The notes under the pieces were generated by a model. It worked only from the letters and a program-made list of their open reading frames with translations. It was not told the origin of the DNA and searched no databases. Positions 1-12,453 of a stretch of DNA of 64,000 bases are shown here, piece after piece (the first letter of the stretch is position 1; each line of letters opens with the position of its first letter). This stretch comes from Takakia lepidozioides (lineage: Eukaryota > Plantae > Bryophyta): positions 32,426,001-32,490,000 of the forward strand of contig CM060733.1 in assembly GCA_030704615.1 (NCBI GenBank), written 5' to 3'. Position numbers and translations under genes: made by a program.

Positions 1-553
1 AAATGGAGGGACAAGGGAATACTAGCTAGCTATTAAATACTTGGGGAAAATATGCTTTTCAGAAGATACTAGGATCTGAACAAATCCGAATCAAACGATT
101 GACTTGCATATTTGTGGAATTGAGTTGATTTAGTTCTCAACTGTTATGTGACACTAACAAGTCCAGTCACAGTTTCTGGGCAGAAGAGAATGACATCTTG
201 CATCATGAGCTGATTTCTGATGATTGGAAACAGTCTTCAGAGAATTCCTGCACAGTGTGTCAGAGGATTAGATATCAATCTCCCATGACAATATAGACTC
301 CCCTGAGAGAGTTAGAAATACAAGGCAAAGGGGTAGAATTTCAAAGTTCAGCCTATTACTCCGTAGCCTATGACATTGAGAACTTAGCAAGTGCAATCTG
401 CAAAGGGAAGCTTGTGCTCATGGCCTGAGAAAGGGGAGACATAGCAGGTGACAAAATGGAGGCACATCACACACAACAACGGGTCATGGATCATCCTGCT
501 GCAGCACAGACATAAGGGTCATGGAAATTTAGCTACCTGATCAAAGTTGATGC

Positions 554-975
554 TTGCATACTGTTTTCTCTTCCACTGCAACAGTATGTGGGTCTGAAGT
601 CGTGCTTGGAATCCGGCCCTCTGGGATGAATCTGGACCCACACTATATCCCTGCTCTTTTCAGCTATAACCGCCTCTGCACCAATCATATCCTCGCCTTG
701 CTGCTAGCAGCTGACAATAACATCCTAGATTTGTTCTAGCAAACATCCCAACCCCACTATCCACCCATATTGCACTTCCAAGGAGGTCCACCATGCAGCC
801 AAAATGCTTAACTGTCAGAGTGACACCATGATCTTCACTCATGGAATCAAGTGTCTTCCTTCATCCACCAGGCCAATGTGGCTGCATCCAGAGAGAACAC
901 ATTCAGTGTTCAGAATGACATCTAGTACAATTCCAGCTTTGACAACACCACCATGAACCTCTTTGCCCATTTCCA
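554..975 (-). pseudogene. Chimeric fragment: PPR C-terminal motif piece joined to the intron and second exon of an OSB/PDF motif
   Basis: ORF 660..842 reads DHGVTLTVKHFGCMVDLLG (cf. DHGLTPMLGHFGCMVDLMG in the 708-aa PPR). It is followed by sequence matching the PDF intron/exon 2 (GTGGGTCCAGATTCATCCCAGAGGGCCGGATT) seen at 5130, 28980-29010 and 53278. Confidence 0.65.
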
Positions 976-1090
976 AAAATTATGAAACCGCCTCGATGCA
1001 CCCCTACTTACTCATTGAGGGCTTTCCAGCACGGAGGCCTTGCGGTTTGGGAGATCAACAAACAAACCAAAACAAAACAAACATATTGAT
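975..1090 (-). mobile_element. Partial copy (5' end) of the non-autonomous Helitron-like repeat at 25117-25420
   Basis: The reverse complement ATCAATATG-TTTGTTTTG...GATCTCCCAAACCGCAAGGCC resembles 25116-25210. Confidence 0.5.
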
Positions 1091-1409
1091 AAGGTGGAGG
1101 AAAAAAATTAAACTAGTTTGTCAACACAGTGGGAAAACTTGTATAAGCAAATGCTTGCTACCAGCTTGAGGGAAGATGAGCAGGGGGTGTGGAAGGAACG
1201 AAGGGGGATTAGCCGGATGGATGAGAGAGTTTAGCCACCCACTGTTGTGCAATTTTGTGAGCGAATTTCGTGGCGAAAAATGGCAAAACTACAAAGGGGG
1301 AGAGAGAAAGAGAGCTATGGCGATGGCCTTGCTGCCCTCCGTCTCCCTCCGCTCTCCCTCTCATTCCCTACCTCTGATCTCACCGTCTCTGCCTCTCCAC
1401 TTCCACTTC

Positions 1410-1552
1410 CACTTCCACTTCCACTATGGTGACCATCCACCTTCTAGCCATTCACCTTCCAAAGGTGAGTTAAACAAGATAGTCTCTTAGACTTCTAAGC
1501 CTTTGGCCTTCAAGACTTTTAGTCTTCTAGATATGTTTAATTACTTCTAACA
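1410..1552 (-). repeat. Truncated 3' LTR of the copia element
   Basis: The reverse complement matches the first ~143 bp of the LTR at 27346-27652 and stops inside a (CCACTT)n tract. Confidence 0.85.
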
Positions 1553-4500
1553 CTCCCACTCAATTAAACCATATCATTGAGCTACTTCGTTTGTCTTTGG
1601 AGAAGAGACATCAAGTAAGGCTGAACACTTCATGTGTTTTGTTTATGGTAGACTCTTCGTCAAAACATCCGCAACCATATCTCCTGTAGCACAATAGATC
1701 ATCTTGATCTCTCCCTTACATACAACTTCCCGTATGTAGTGATGTTGCACTTCAATGTGCTTCGTCCTTGAATGATACTTCGGATTCTGACTTAGTGCAA
1801 TCGCACTTTGATTGTCACAATAGAGAGTCGTAGGTAGTGATTGAAGATTATCCAAATCTCCAAGCAACTTCCGTAACCAAATAGCCTCATTTGCTGCTTG
1901 TGTAATGGACATGTACTCAGCTTCTGTTGATGACAACGATGTTGCAACTTGTCGTTTGCTAAACCAAGATACAGCTCCACCTGCTAGGAGAAAACAATGG
2001 CCTGAAGTTGATTTTCTACTATCAACGTCTCATGCCCAGTCAGCATCAGCAAACCCCAACAAACGTGGATCTTCCACTCTCTTGTAGAGTAGACCAGAGG
2101 TTGATGTTCCTCTTAGATATCGAAATATCCTCTTCACTGCTTTCCAATGGGTTTGTCCGGGATTTGAAAGAAATTGTGAGACCACTCCCACTGAATGTGC
2201 AATGTCTGGCCTAGTACAAACCATGCAATACATCAAACTGCCGACTGCACTTTGATAAGGAGTTTTCCTCATATCTTCTTGCTCTTCTTGAGTCTTAGGT
2301 ACCATATCCTTCGTAAGTTTCAAACCAACTTCGAGAGTATGTTGGCTTATTCATCTCCAACTTAAACCTTTGTAGAATTGTCTCAATGTATTGTCGTTGA
2401 TGTATGAATACTGTATGGTTCACTCGATCTTTGCTGATTTGAATACCAAGACAGAACCGAATCTCACCCATGTCAGTCATGGCAAACTCAGCACTCAATA
2501 GTGTTTTGGTTTCTGGTAACAACCTTTGATGATCGTTGGTAACAATGATTGTGTCATCCACATATAGAGCTATGATCACAAATTGTTCTCCCATCTTTTT
2601 TACATAGATGTTTGTGTCAGCAATGCTTCGCTCAAATCTTGTCTTTAAGAGGTAAGCATCGATCCTGGCATACCAAGCTTGAGGACTTTGTTTGAGTCCA
2701 TACAAACTCTTTTGCAGCTTACACACAATCTCACTTCCTCCTTGTACAAACCCTTCAGGTTGTCTCATATAGATCTCTTCTTGTAGTTCTCCATTCAGAA
2801 AATGTCGTCTTAACATCCATTTGATGAACTTCGTGATCATGTTGAGCTGCAAGAGCTAACAACGCTCTGATAGAAGAAATCTTCACCACTGGTGAGAAGG
2901 TTTCATTGTAATCCACTCCTTGAACTTGTGCATAGCCTTTAGCTACAAGACGAGCTTTGTAACGGTAAATAGATCCATTAGCTTTGTACTTCAACTTGAA
3001 GATCCACTTGCAACCAATGGCTCTTCGTCCTACAGGCAACCTAGTGAGTGTCCATGTTTTGTTTTGCATCAATGAATCCAACTCCGAGTTGATTGCTTCT
3101 TCCCATTGTAGTTTCTATGGAGAGCGCATCGCTTCCTCATATGTAGCAGGTTCAACCACTTGTGATGCTTCTTCCATAGCTTCAATGGCACTTATAGATG
3201 TAATCAGTCTACTAGGAGCTTTTCTTTCCCGTTGAGATCTCCTTGGAATTGGCACATCTTCAACTTCATCTCTAGAGTCCATATCAACAAGTGGTTCACC
3301 AACTTCGACTCCTTGATCAACTCCATCAAGTTAAACACCTCCATCATTTGTTTTAGCCATCTCTTGTATTGGCTCCTCATAAGACTCCTCTTGGAAATGG
3401 TGTAATGGCTCTAAGCTCATTCCCATGTTATCTTCTCCTACTACCAAAGAGGGTATGAAGCCTTCATCAAACACTACGTCCCTACTGTGTTTGACAGCCT
3501 TAGTTGTCTTATTGAACAACTTATATCTCTTCACACCTTCTGTGTAACCAATGAAGATGCATCCTTCTGATTTGGAGTCAAGTGTCATTCGCTTCTGAGT
3601 AGGGATATGGACATATACACGACATCCAAAAATCCTACAATGAGCCACACTAGGCTTCTGACCACTCCATACCTCTTCTGGTGTTTTTCCCAACACTGAT
3701 TTGGTAGGTATTATGTTGTGAAGATATGCTGCAGTGCCAACAGCTTCTGCCAAAAAATGATTTGAAATATTCACTTCTTTCAACATACTCCTTGCAAATT
3801 CTTGCAGTGATCTATTCATCCGCTCAGCTACACCATTCTTGCTCCTCCAAGTGATGTGGTTTGCATTGGCCCGCACACATCAGAATATACAATCTCCAAT
3901 ATACTTGTGGCTCTTCGTCCACCATCCTTAGGAATTTGACCTCGATGTTGCTTCCCTTCCAAGCAACCTTTGCATAGACGCATATCGCTCGTCTCTTTCA
4001 ATGGTAGTCATTCCATAAGATGACTTGAGAGTTGCATCTGTCTCAACTTCTTAATGCTCACATGACCTAACCTTCTATGCCACAACTTTGTTTCTGACAT
4101 GACAGGTGTAGATCCCAACTGTGGTGAAAATGTGGTAAGAGCACTAGAGACATGATGTTGTAATCTATACAAGCAATTATCAAGAATAGCTCTTGCTACC
4201 ACAGCTCTTGAGCTATCTGTGATAGTACAACTCTCATATTGGAATACCACTCTGTATCTCTTTGCAACAATTTGCCTTACAGACAACAGGTTCTTTGTTA
4301 AAGTAGGGACATGTAGGAGATTTTTCACCTCTATGGTTTCCCCTTCATTGAGCATAAGAGAGACTAAGCTTTCCCCACCAATGACATGTTTGCTATCATC
4401 TCCCAAAAAAACATATTGTGTAGGTGAAAGAGATCTATAGGATAAGAAATGTTCTCTCTCTGAACTCATATGTTGAGATGCTCCTGAATCAACATACCAC

Positions 4501-4940
4501 ACATGCTTCTGTCTAGTAGTGGCTGAGAGAGACACAACAAATAGAATAGTCTTCCTCTAATGAGTAGTTATGTTTCTTTGACTCTCTCTGTTGCGCTCAT
4601 CTGCAATGCGCTTTCTACAATCCTTGATCATGTGACCAAGTTTCTTGCAATAAAAGCACCTCACTTTGGCCTTTTTCATCTTTGAGCTAGATTGAGGTTT
4701 CTGAAACCTCTGGGACTTCTGAGACATATGTGAAGGGAGTCTTCTATTCAAGACTACTACAGTCTTGCCTGTGAACAAAGCTTTGTCTACCTCTGTAGAC
4801 ATACCTTGACTTTTTCTTCTTGTTTCCTCCTTGAGGAGAAGTCCTATGACAACATCAATAGTTAAGTTGGTTTGTCCTACTAGAGACACCACAAAACCAT
4901 TATAGGATTCAGATAAGGTTGTCAATAACACCACTACCAA
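1410..4940 (-). mobile_element. Ty1/copia LTR retrotransposon, 3' part (gag C-terminus, PR, INT, RT, RNase H, PPT, truncated 3' LTR), degenerate
   Basis: Zn knuckle CFYCKKLGHMIKDC (4557-4940); protease WYVDSGAS and LWHRRLGH (4008-4535); integrase NGVAERMNRSL (3331-3876, core partly deleted); RT YKARLVAKGY, LYGLKQ, YVDD (2030-3081); RNase H SSTEAEY, YCDNQSAI (1643-1936); PPT TTGAGTGGGAG then LTR start TGTTAG at 1552. Confidence 0.95.
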
Positions 4941-5230
4941 GGCAAAAAGGTGAATACCTGTAACATTTCATAGACAAGCAGACGCATTCAGCATAGGAAC
5001 TAGTGTGAGAAGCTGAGTTGGATGTTTCCTAGAATAAATCGAGGCTGCCATTGTCAGCTACTAGCAGCGAGGCAAGGATGAATGCATGATTTGTGCAGAG
5101 GCATGTGTAGCTGAAGGAACAAAGAGAGTGTGGGTCCAGATTCATCCAAGAGGGCCAGATTTCAAGCACAAGATTACCTATGATTCCCTGTGGATCAATA
5201 GCTACAAGAAACCTGCATGGGTAGATGGTC
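4941..5230 (+). pseudogene. OSB/PDF motif piece: end of exon 1 (GKK|gt), intron, exon 2
   Basis: GGCAAAAAG|GTGAAT donor at 4941-4955; exon 2 reads IHPRGPDFKHKITYDSLWINSYKKPAWVDG, matching the PDF motif (PDFKHK...LW...P.WV). Confidence 0.8.
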
Positions 5231-6132
5231 TATTCCATGGGACTCAATCTGACACTGAGCCTTGCATTATGAGGATCACAATTGCTTGGCAGCTTACCTG
5301 CATGAGGCCTTGACCCTTAGGCAATCCCCAGAGTAGTAGTAGCTTTGGGCTGCTTTTTTACTTTGATTTTTTCATTTTGTATTATAAGCTCTTTGAGCTT
5401 TCCGCAGATGTAAGAAAGTACCATTTGTTTCATTTCATATCATTTTCATTTTGTTTTGTTTCATGGCATATCTTTCATTGTTTTCGCATTTCTAATGACA
5501 TGATTAGTTCTCTTGTATGGCATTACATGCATATGTACTAGTCGGCTCATTACAAACACCAAAACTTCAAAGCATGAACCACTATGAGTGATTGTTCAAG
5601 TAATTTTGAGCATTTCATTTAAAGTAGTAAAACAGTGGTAGCGCCAACTTCGGCAGTCGCAATTGCCACTGGGCATGTAGCACTGCAAGTTATGTGGTCA
5701 ACTACCACGTGACGTCCCAGGCCCGTGGCCACGTGGCAGCAGTGCTGCTCGCCGTGGCGCCGCCACGTCGGCGTCCACATCGTCGTCCACATCCGCATCC
5801 ATGTGTCACCGCACTCCGGTGAGTCAGTCCACTCATCCGGAGGGAAAAGTCAAAGTCAGCCCAAAAGATCAGACACACCGGCGGCCCGCCTGGTTACGCC
5901 ACGTGGTTCTTCAGCATTAATCGCAATAATCACTGAGCATTTGTTCGCGCGTCTGCGTCCTTTACCACTACAATCATTGGATGTCCGACCCAACTTCCAC
6001 GTCTGTTGTAACTAGTCGTTTGTAACTTTTAGTCGATCCCAGTTTTTTGACTTTTACGACTCAAAATGAGTCGTTACCCCAGTAGTAATTGACACGAATG
6101 CTTCTAGTGATGGAACTTGCCACAGACACCAC

Positions 6133-9100
6133 TTGTGTCCGTCCACCATTTCAGTTTCCCTGATCTTTTGTGATGACGCATCCGATTCCTGTCCTCTGCC
6201 TTATCGACATACGGATGCTGACACATTGAAAGAGGCGATTGGGACTCTAGTTGTGTGGGACGTGTCATGTGTTCGCACGCATGAAACTGTGGATTCATCA
6301 TCCCCGAAAAACCCAGGATGTCATTCCATCACAGAAGGTAGTGATTATCAAGGACAAAGCACTGAAAGCAATGATATTCCGTCCAACGGTGAGACTGGGG
6401 GGGATCTGCCTGCAGGTCTGGGGAGAGAATGTTGGAAAAACTTGCAATGTCTTCTTCTTGGGGAGGACGGAAACGCCCTGTTCGAAGGCCGAATTCAAGC
6501 ATGCATTCCTAACGAGATCATTCTGAATGACAAACTTGGAGAGGACGATGTTGGGGTTCTGGTCACTAGAACAATCTCTAGAGAGTCCGGTTCACTGATG
6601 TCGATTGTGAAATGGCCGTTAACAAAAACAAGACTTCTTGAAAATGGCCGGATACTCTCCGTTGATCTCAAAAATTTCCTACAATCATGCAGTGACATGG
6701 AGAATGACGACCATGGTACAGGCGTATTGAAAGCAGCATACAGGCATTTTACTAGGAAGAAAAATCCATCCAATATGGAGGACTAAAAAAACTGCAAGAA
6801 AAATCTTACTTTGGATGAAGTGAGGTCGGTGAGCAGCAAACCTTGCTGCAAGCTTCAGTGCTGCCAGTATTTTGATTGGAAAAAAACCTTGGCAATTCGT
6901 ATTGCATTTTGGGGTTCGTCATTCGATGAGAGGAGATAACTTGGATTGAATGTTTCAAAACGACTTCACATTATGGATGGGTCATCGCGCATGTGGTATG
7001 TTACGATAGAAGGTGTTGATGTTTGTGAGAAAGCATGGTGGATAATACATGGAATTGGAAGGTCAACGTACATGGAGTACAAAAAGCTCAGTAAAGAGGG
7101 TTGTTTGTCATCTTTCCACGGAAATCGTGGCGTCAAGCGGCCGCGACCAGGGACACTATAGGCAGAGGGGAACATTATGTCCATTATCAATGCCAATACT
7201 GACCTTATGCCTCACAAAACACATTGCATTAGAGAGGGACGTCGGGATACTTTGAGAATTTTGCCATCCGAAATGAACTGGAAGAGAATTCGAGAGGAGT
7301 CCAACGAGGTGACTTTTATTCGTTGTCCCCTTTCGTTTTTCAAAATACTGTGGATGATTTTATTCTTTTTGATGTCATCATGCTTTCTTGTTCTTCCACT
7401 TTGTAGAACCTCCACTGCCCAGTGGACGTTGACATTGTTGGGGAGTTGGGGTGCAGACAAACAGACTGCTCGGTTTGAAAGGAGTCTCGCAGCCAGCTAT
7501 AAGCTGTATACGGAATCGAATATTTCCTAACGTGGAGGTTCGGAAAACAGGAAGCACCTTTGTTAAGTGCACATAATGCAAGACTTGATCAAGAAGTCGA
7601 TTAAAAGGAGTTCCGAACAGGTCACACATAAGCGGACGCTTGATTTGCACTTGAGGCATCAAGAGTCATGCAGAAGGTTGTACCATAGCTGGAGGAATGA
7701 GTCCATTATGGTTCCAGAGGAGTTCCTATGTATTATTCATGATAAAATGGATCATAGAAAAACAGCTATTCCGAGGTTACAGACGACGAACAAGATGGTC
7801 TCCGAATTGGGTCAGTTGTCTGTCTCATTGACAATAATGGTTACGCACGGACACGGAGATGGAGCTTACCTCAATTTTCCCTTGAGTTCTGGAACGGCAA
7901 TTCAAACTTCACAATTGGGTCGCTGGCTCGGTGCCTGCGTCAACTGGAAAAGCCGACATGCCGGGAATCCAGGAACATTTTCGACACTGAAGTTCAAAAT
8001 GATTTTTTTGAAACGCTCATGAGAGATAAATCGAGATGTTTGGAGGCTCTGAAACCCTGCAGGCCGCACGATAAACGTGGTGCTCGACCACTTCCTAGAC
8101 GACTTTATTTGCAGATGGACAACTCCTCCAAGGACAATAAGAATAGATGGATATTTGCTTTCATATCCCTCCTCACTGCCAAAGATGTTTTTGAAGAGAT
8201 CCAGCTTGGTTTTCTCATGGTCGGGCACACCCATGAGGATATTGACGGATTCTTTAGATATCTCTCGAAGAAGCTAAAGGAATGCAACACCTACATTCTT
8301 CCGGATTTGATGAGGTCATTCATGATCTCCAAGATATGCAATTCATTCCTCAAATCACACAGGAGGTTCCTGACTTCAAGAAGTTTGTTAAGGGTTGTAT
8401 TCATGATGGAAATGAGGCTTTGGTGGGGATCTCAGAGATGCACGTCTTTCGATTTTTTAAGGATGCGGATGGCTGGCCCGTTATGAAGTACAAGAAGTCA
8501 GCTACTGATTCGGAGTGACTTCCCACAAACTCCAACGTTAAGATGTGGAAGTCCAATCCTGATAGGACTCCATATCTCCCTGAAAGAGACCTAGATGTCG
8601 TTCCAAGAAGACCGATATGGGGAGTCGGGGACGACTCCTCTGAAAAACAGTCATTCATAAAAAATGGTATTAAGAAATATAGAGATTTTTGGACCAAAGG
8701 AATGTTGCTTGACGATCATTATCGGGGTGTGATGGAACAATATGACCAATACTGGGGAAATATTCTCGCCAAACTTGATAAGCCAATGCAGGACATTCCG
8801 GATCGTATTCAGCTTCTTGAGGGATTTTGGCCGAAAACAAATTGGTCCTCAAACCATCGGAGGGATGGCATCCAGCCACAGATACTGGAAGATTTGGAAG
8901 ATGAGGATGCAGATCCAGAACCTTACTATGGCCCTAGGTATGAGCGTCCAAGGATACCCTTGAATCCGTTCAAGGATATTGAGAAAGGGTTTTTAGTGCT
9001 CGTTCGCCCTCATGACCCAACGAGTGCCCAGTCTGGATGGGAATGGCAATTTCAGATGTCATCCGAGAAAGGGAAGATCCTAATTTTAAGAAAGTGAAGG

Positions 9101-9345
9101 TGGAGTGATGGAGACCGAAGAAAGGAGGTAACCCCTCAGACTTTGAGAGGTACAAGGACTGTTGGTCAAAAGTTTGGGAGTACAACCCGTCAGATCTTGC
9201 TCAATGGATCCACGTGAACAACGTCGTGTGGACAATGCCGCCACGAAAAAATACGACAAGAAATAGCACCAAGATAATTACATCGGTGGTAGCAGTGAAG
9301 GCGCGCGCGAATTTGGAGGTTGCTAACCTTCAGCCAGATACCTGA
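6133..9345 (+). mobile_element. Degenerate multi-exon Sola-like (DDD) DNA transposase locus
   Basis: Motifs IIHDKMD, LYLQMDNSSKDNKN and FLMVGHTHEDIDGFF, plus upstream Cys motifs (CCKLQCCQ, VCEKAW); interrupted by stops and frameshifts. The Sola assignment rests on recalled DN..NKN / GHT..D motifs. Confidence 0.65.
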
Positions 9346-9699
9346 AGGTTTCCTTCTTGCGAACCATTTTCCATCCATGGACTAAATGTTGAGATTATTC
9401 CTGGTCTTTCATTTTAAGATATAAAAATTTCTTTACGCTTCTTTCCCTTCGTGTTTGCGTTGGGTGATCCTTCCTGTCTTCTTTTTTTGTCGCATTGAAC
9501 CTCGAGTGGGCAGTGGACGTTCATCTATTTTCTTTCTGTTGTGTTGGACTCTGCACTGTTGTACATTCTGTTCATCTACATATATTCGTGACATGGGGAT
9601 TCTGGCTTACAAAACAGACAATGCACCCAAAAATAAAACTGGCACAACCCCTGGATTCTTTCTTTTCCATTCCGGTCTAAATGTTTTTTTGCAATGTCT

Positions 9700-10640
9700 C
9701 GTTCTAGTGAGTGCGAGTCTTCTATATTTGTTTGTCTATTTATACCTTTACCATCACCTCTAAATCTTTACCCTTCGTTTTACCCTTCCCTTAACCCTTC
9801 CATAGGCTTAAGCCGGACACTTAATACCCTAAACTATTACTCTTACCATATACCAAAAACCTTTGTGTACTCCCATAAATCCAAACCCTAAACCCTTACC
9901 CTAGCCTTAATCCTTACCCTAAGATTAAGCCTGACACTTACTACCTTAAACCATTACTCTTACCATATACCAAAAACCAGGTTAGTGTACTACCCTACTT
10001 ATACTCCAAACCAAATTATTGTACTACCATGTGTGAGTCTTCTATATTTGTTTGTCCCTTGAACTACCCTAAATCCAAACCCTAAATCCTTACCCATTTC
10101 TTTACCCTGGCCTTAATCCTTACCCTAAGCTTAAGCTTGACACTTACTACCCTAAACCATTAGTACTCTTACCATATACCAAAAACCAGGTTAGTGTACT
10201 ACCCTACTTACACTCCAAACCAAATTATTGTACTACCATGTGTGAGTCTTCTATATTTGTTTGTCCCTTTGAACTACCCTAAATCCTTACCCATTCCTTT
10301 ACCCCGGCCTTAATTCTTACCCTAAGCTTAAGCCTGACACTTACTACCCTAAACCATTAGTACTCTTACCATATACCATAAACCAGGTTAGTGTACTACC
10401 CTACTTACACTCCAAACCAAGTTATTGTACTACCATGTGTGATTCTTCTATATTTGTTTGTCCCTTTCTACCCTAAATCCAAACCCTAAACCCTTACCCT
10501 TCCCTTTACCCTTCCCTTAATAATCCTTACCCCAAGCTTAAGCGTGACCCTTAGCACCCTAAACCATTACTTTTACCATATACCAAAAACCTTAGTGTAG
10601 TACCCTACTTATAATAAACTCCAAACCTTATTGTTCTACC
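9700..10640 (+). repeat. Tandem repeat, ~200 bp unit, 4-5 copies, rich in telomere-like AAACCCT/TTACCCT motifs
   Basis: GAGTCTTCTATATTTGTTTGTC-like anchor at ~9715, 10035, 10244 and 10440; recurring TTAGTGTACTACCCTACTT. Confidence 0.85.
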
Positions 10641-11495
10641 ATGTTACCTCTTGTAAAATTTGTATCATTCTCTTAATGTTTTCTTTAATTTTCAAGTTGG
10701 ATAACGTATGATAGAATGATTACATGGATATCAAATTCCCCTTACATTTTTACATTCTACAGAGGTTTAGAATCGTCCATATTTGTTTCTCTCTTTCTAT
10801 CATAAACCCTTTAAAACCCTAAACCCTTCGCCGAGTCATCACAAATTTGGACCTTATTGCACTTAATATATCTAGTTACACCCCAAACCTTATTTTACTG
10901 CCCTAGCAGATTATCTTCCTAATGTTCAAGCTATCTTAATATTTTACTGCCCTTCTCACACCCAAAACATCATTCCAATGGCATTGTCTATGAATATTGT
11001 GCTTGTCAACATGAAGATTCAATCAAAATTACTATCAACTTATATCAAGTATGGTAGAGTACTATGAGTCTATCCCACGTTCGATTCGACACATTTGTTT
11101 ATCGTGATTGTAATATAATGTAATATTACATCATTCGACTTCCCGGTCGACGTTCAATGAATTGTTGAGTTACATTGCAACTTCACAATCGCTTCAATGT
11201 CAAATGGACATCTTATATGTTACATTTTGAAGCAAGTATGACATCACTTGTAATTTCACAATGTTCAATCACACATTACTATCCAAGATATTATTAACAA
11301 ATTTTGAATTAATTTTAATTCAAATACATATTAAGTTTGGTCCGGATTTAAGCCAAAAGTCCAGAATTAGTTAAAATAGGGTTTGATTCACTTGTTGTTA
11401 CAATAGGCTGTTGGTTTCTCCGCTGCTGCTTATCTTTCTGTTCTGCAGATTTTCTAGCTGTTGGTTTTTGTTAGTTTGGCTGCTGTTAGCACCTT

Positions 11496-12030
11496 CACTA
11501 CTGCAATTAGGGGGGTTAACGACGCCCACGGCCCGGCGCATGTGGAACCGTGTGACGCCGGCGTCGCCATCGAATTCGCAACGCCCAGAGGGGTCGCTAT
11601 CTCGACCACCTCGACAACAAAAAATCCAAAAATGACCAAGTCATATACTGAGGCGTCGCATATGATAAAAACTGAAAAACCCGTCGCAGACTAGCTGGGA
11701 GTCGGCCCCTGGTGCGATCTTCCGGACGTCAGTTGGGAGGTAGCGACCCTTGGAGGAAAAAAAAAAAAAAAAAAAAAAAAAACCATTGTTTTTTAAATGT
11801 GACGACCTGGGGGCCGCTGTATCAGAGCGATGCCATGGGGGTCGCTTCTTGAGTTTTTTTTTGAATTTTTGCTACATCATTTTTAGTGACGTTTTTTTTA
11901 GCAACGCCTCAAATGACTTGGTCATTTTTTGGTTTCTGCAGTAAAAGGTACAGGAAAAGTGACGTCAGAAACGTCGTTTACATTTGAGCAACGCGAGAAG
12001 TGTCGCTTTGAGGTCCCGACGAGCAACCAA
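11496..12030. mobile_element. CACTA-like/foldback non-autonomous remnant
   Basis: Starts CACTACTGC; perfect 17-bp inverted pair AAAAATGACCAAGTCAT (~11628) / ATGACTTGGTCATTTTT (~11913); repeated GTCGC/GCGAC motifs. No matching right TIR found. Confidence 0.35.
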
Positions 12031-12453
12031 TGTCTGCATGAACTACCTTATGTACAATTAAATCCTACATTTATGTGTAAGTTTTATAACTGCCATATCA
12101 CTGGATCAAGATGGAGTTCTATGAGTTCTAGTTTGGAAATTCAAAAACGTATGAGACCACTTTATCTTTTAATCGGAAACCAATAGGATGCAACATATGA
12201 GTTTGAACTCTAAACCACATTACTAATTACTACCATTGACTACACCCATCCACCAAGCTCTCATCTGCTTTCTTGCCAATCTCTTTTTTCTCTAATGTTT
12301 AATCTATATGCGGGGGCCATCGATGACACGGAGGAGCGCAACATTACGACATCAGGTGGGATTTGAGAGTGGGTACTTCCAAAGGCGACTATTTTTTGGA
12401 CATCCTCAAAATCTGTACTGGTAGTCTCCCATGCGCATCTTAAACTCGCATAA

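Noticed and set aside
9700-10640. True or interstitial telomere
   Set aside because: CCCTAAA words are scattered within a longer unit rather than forming a pure array.
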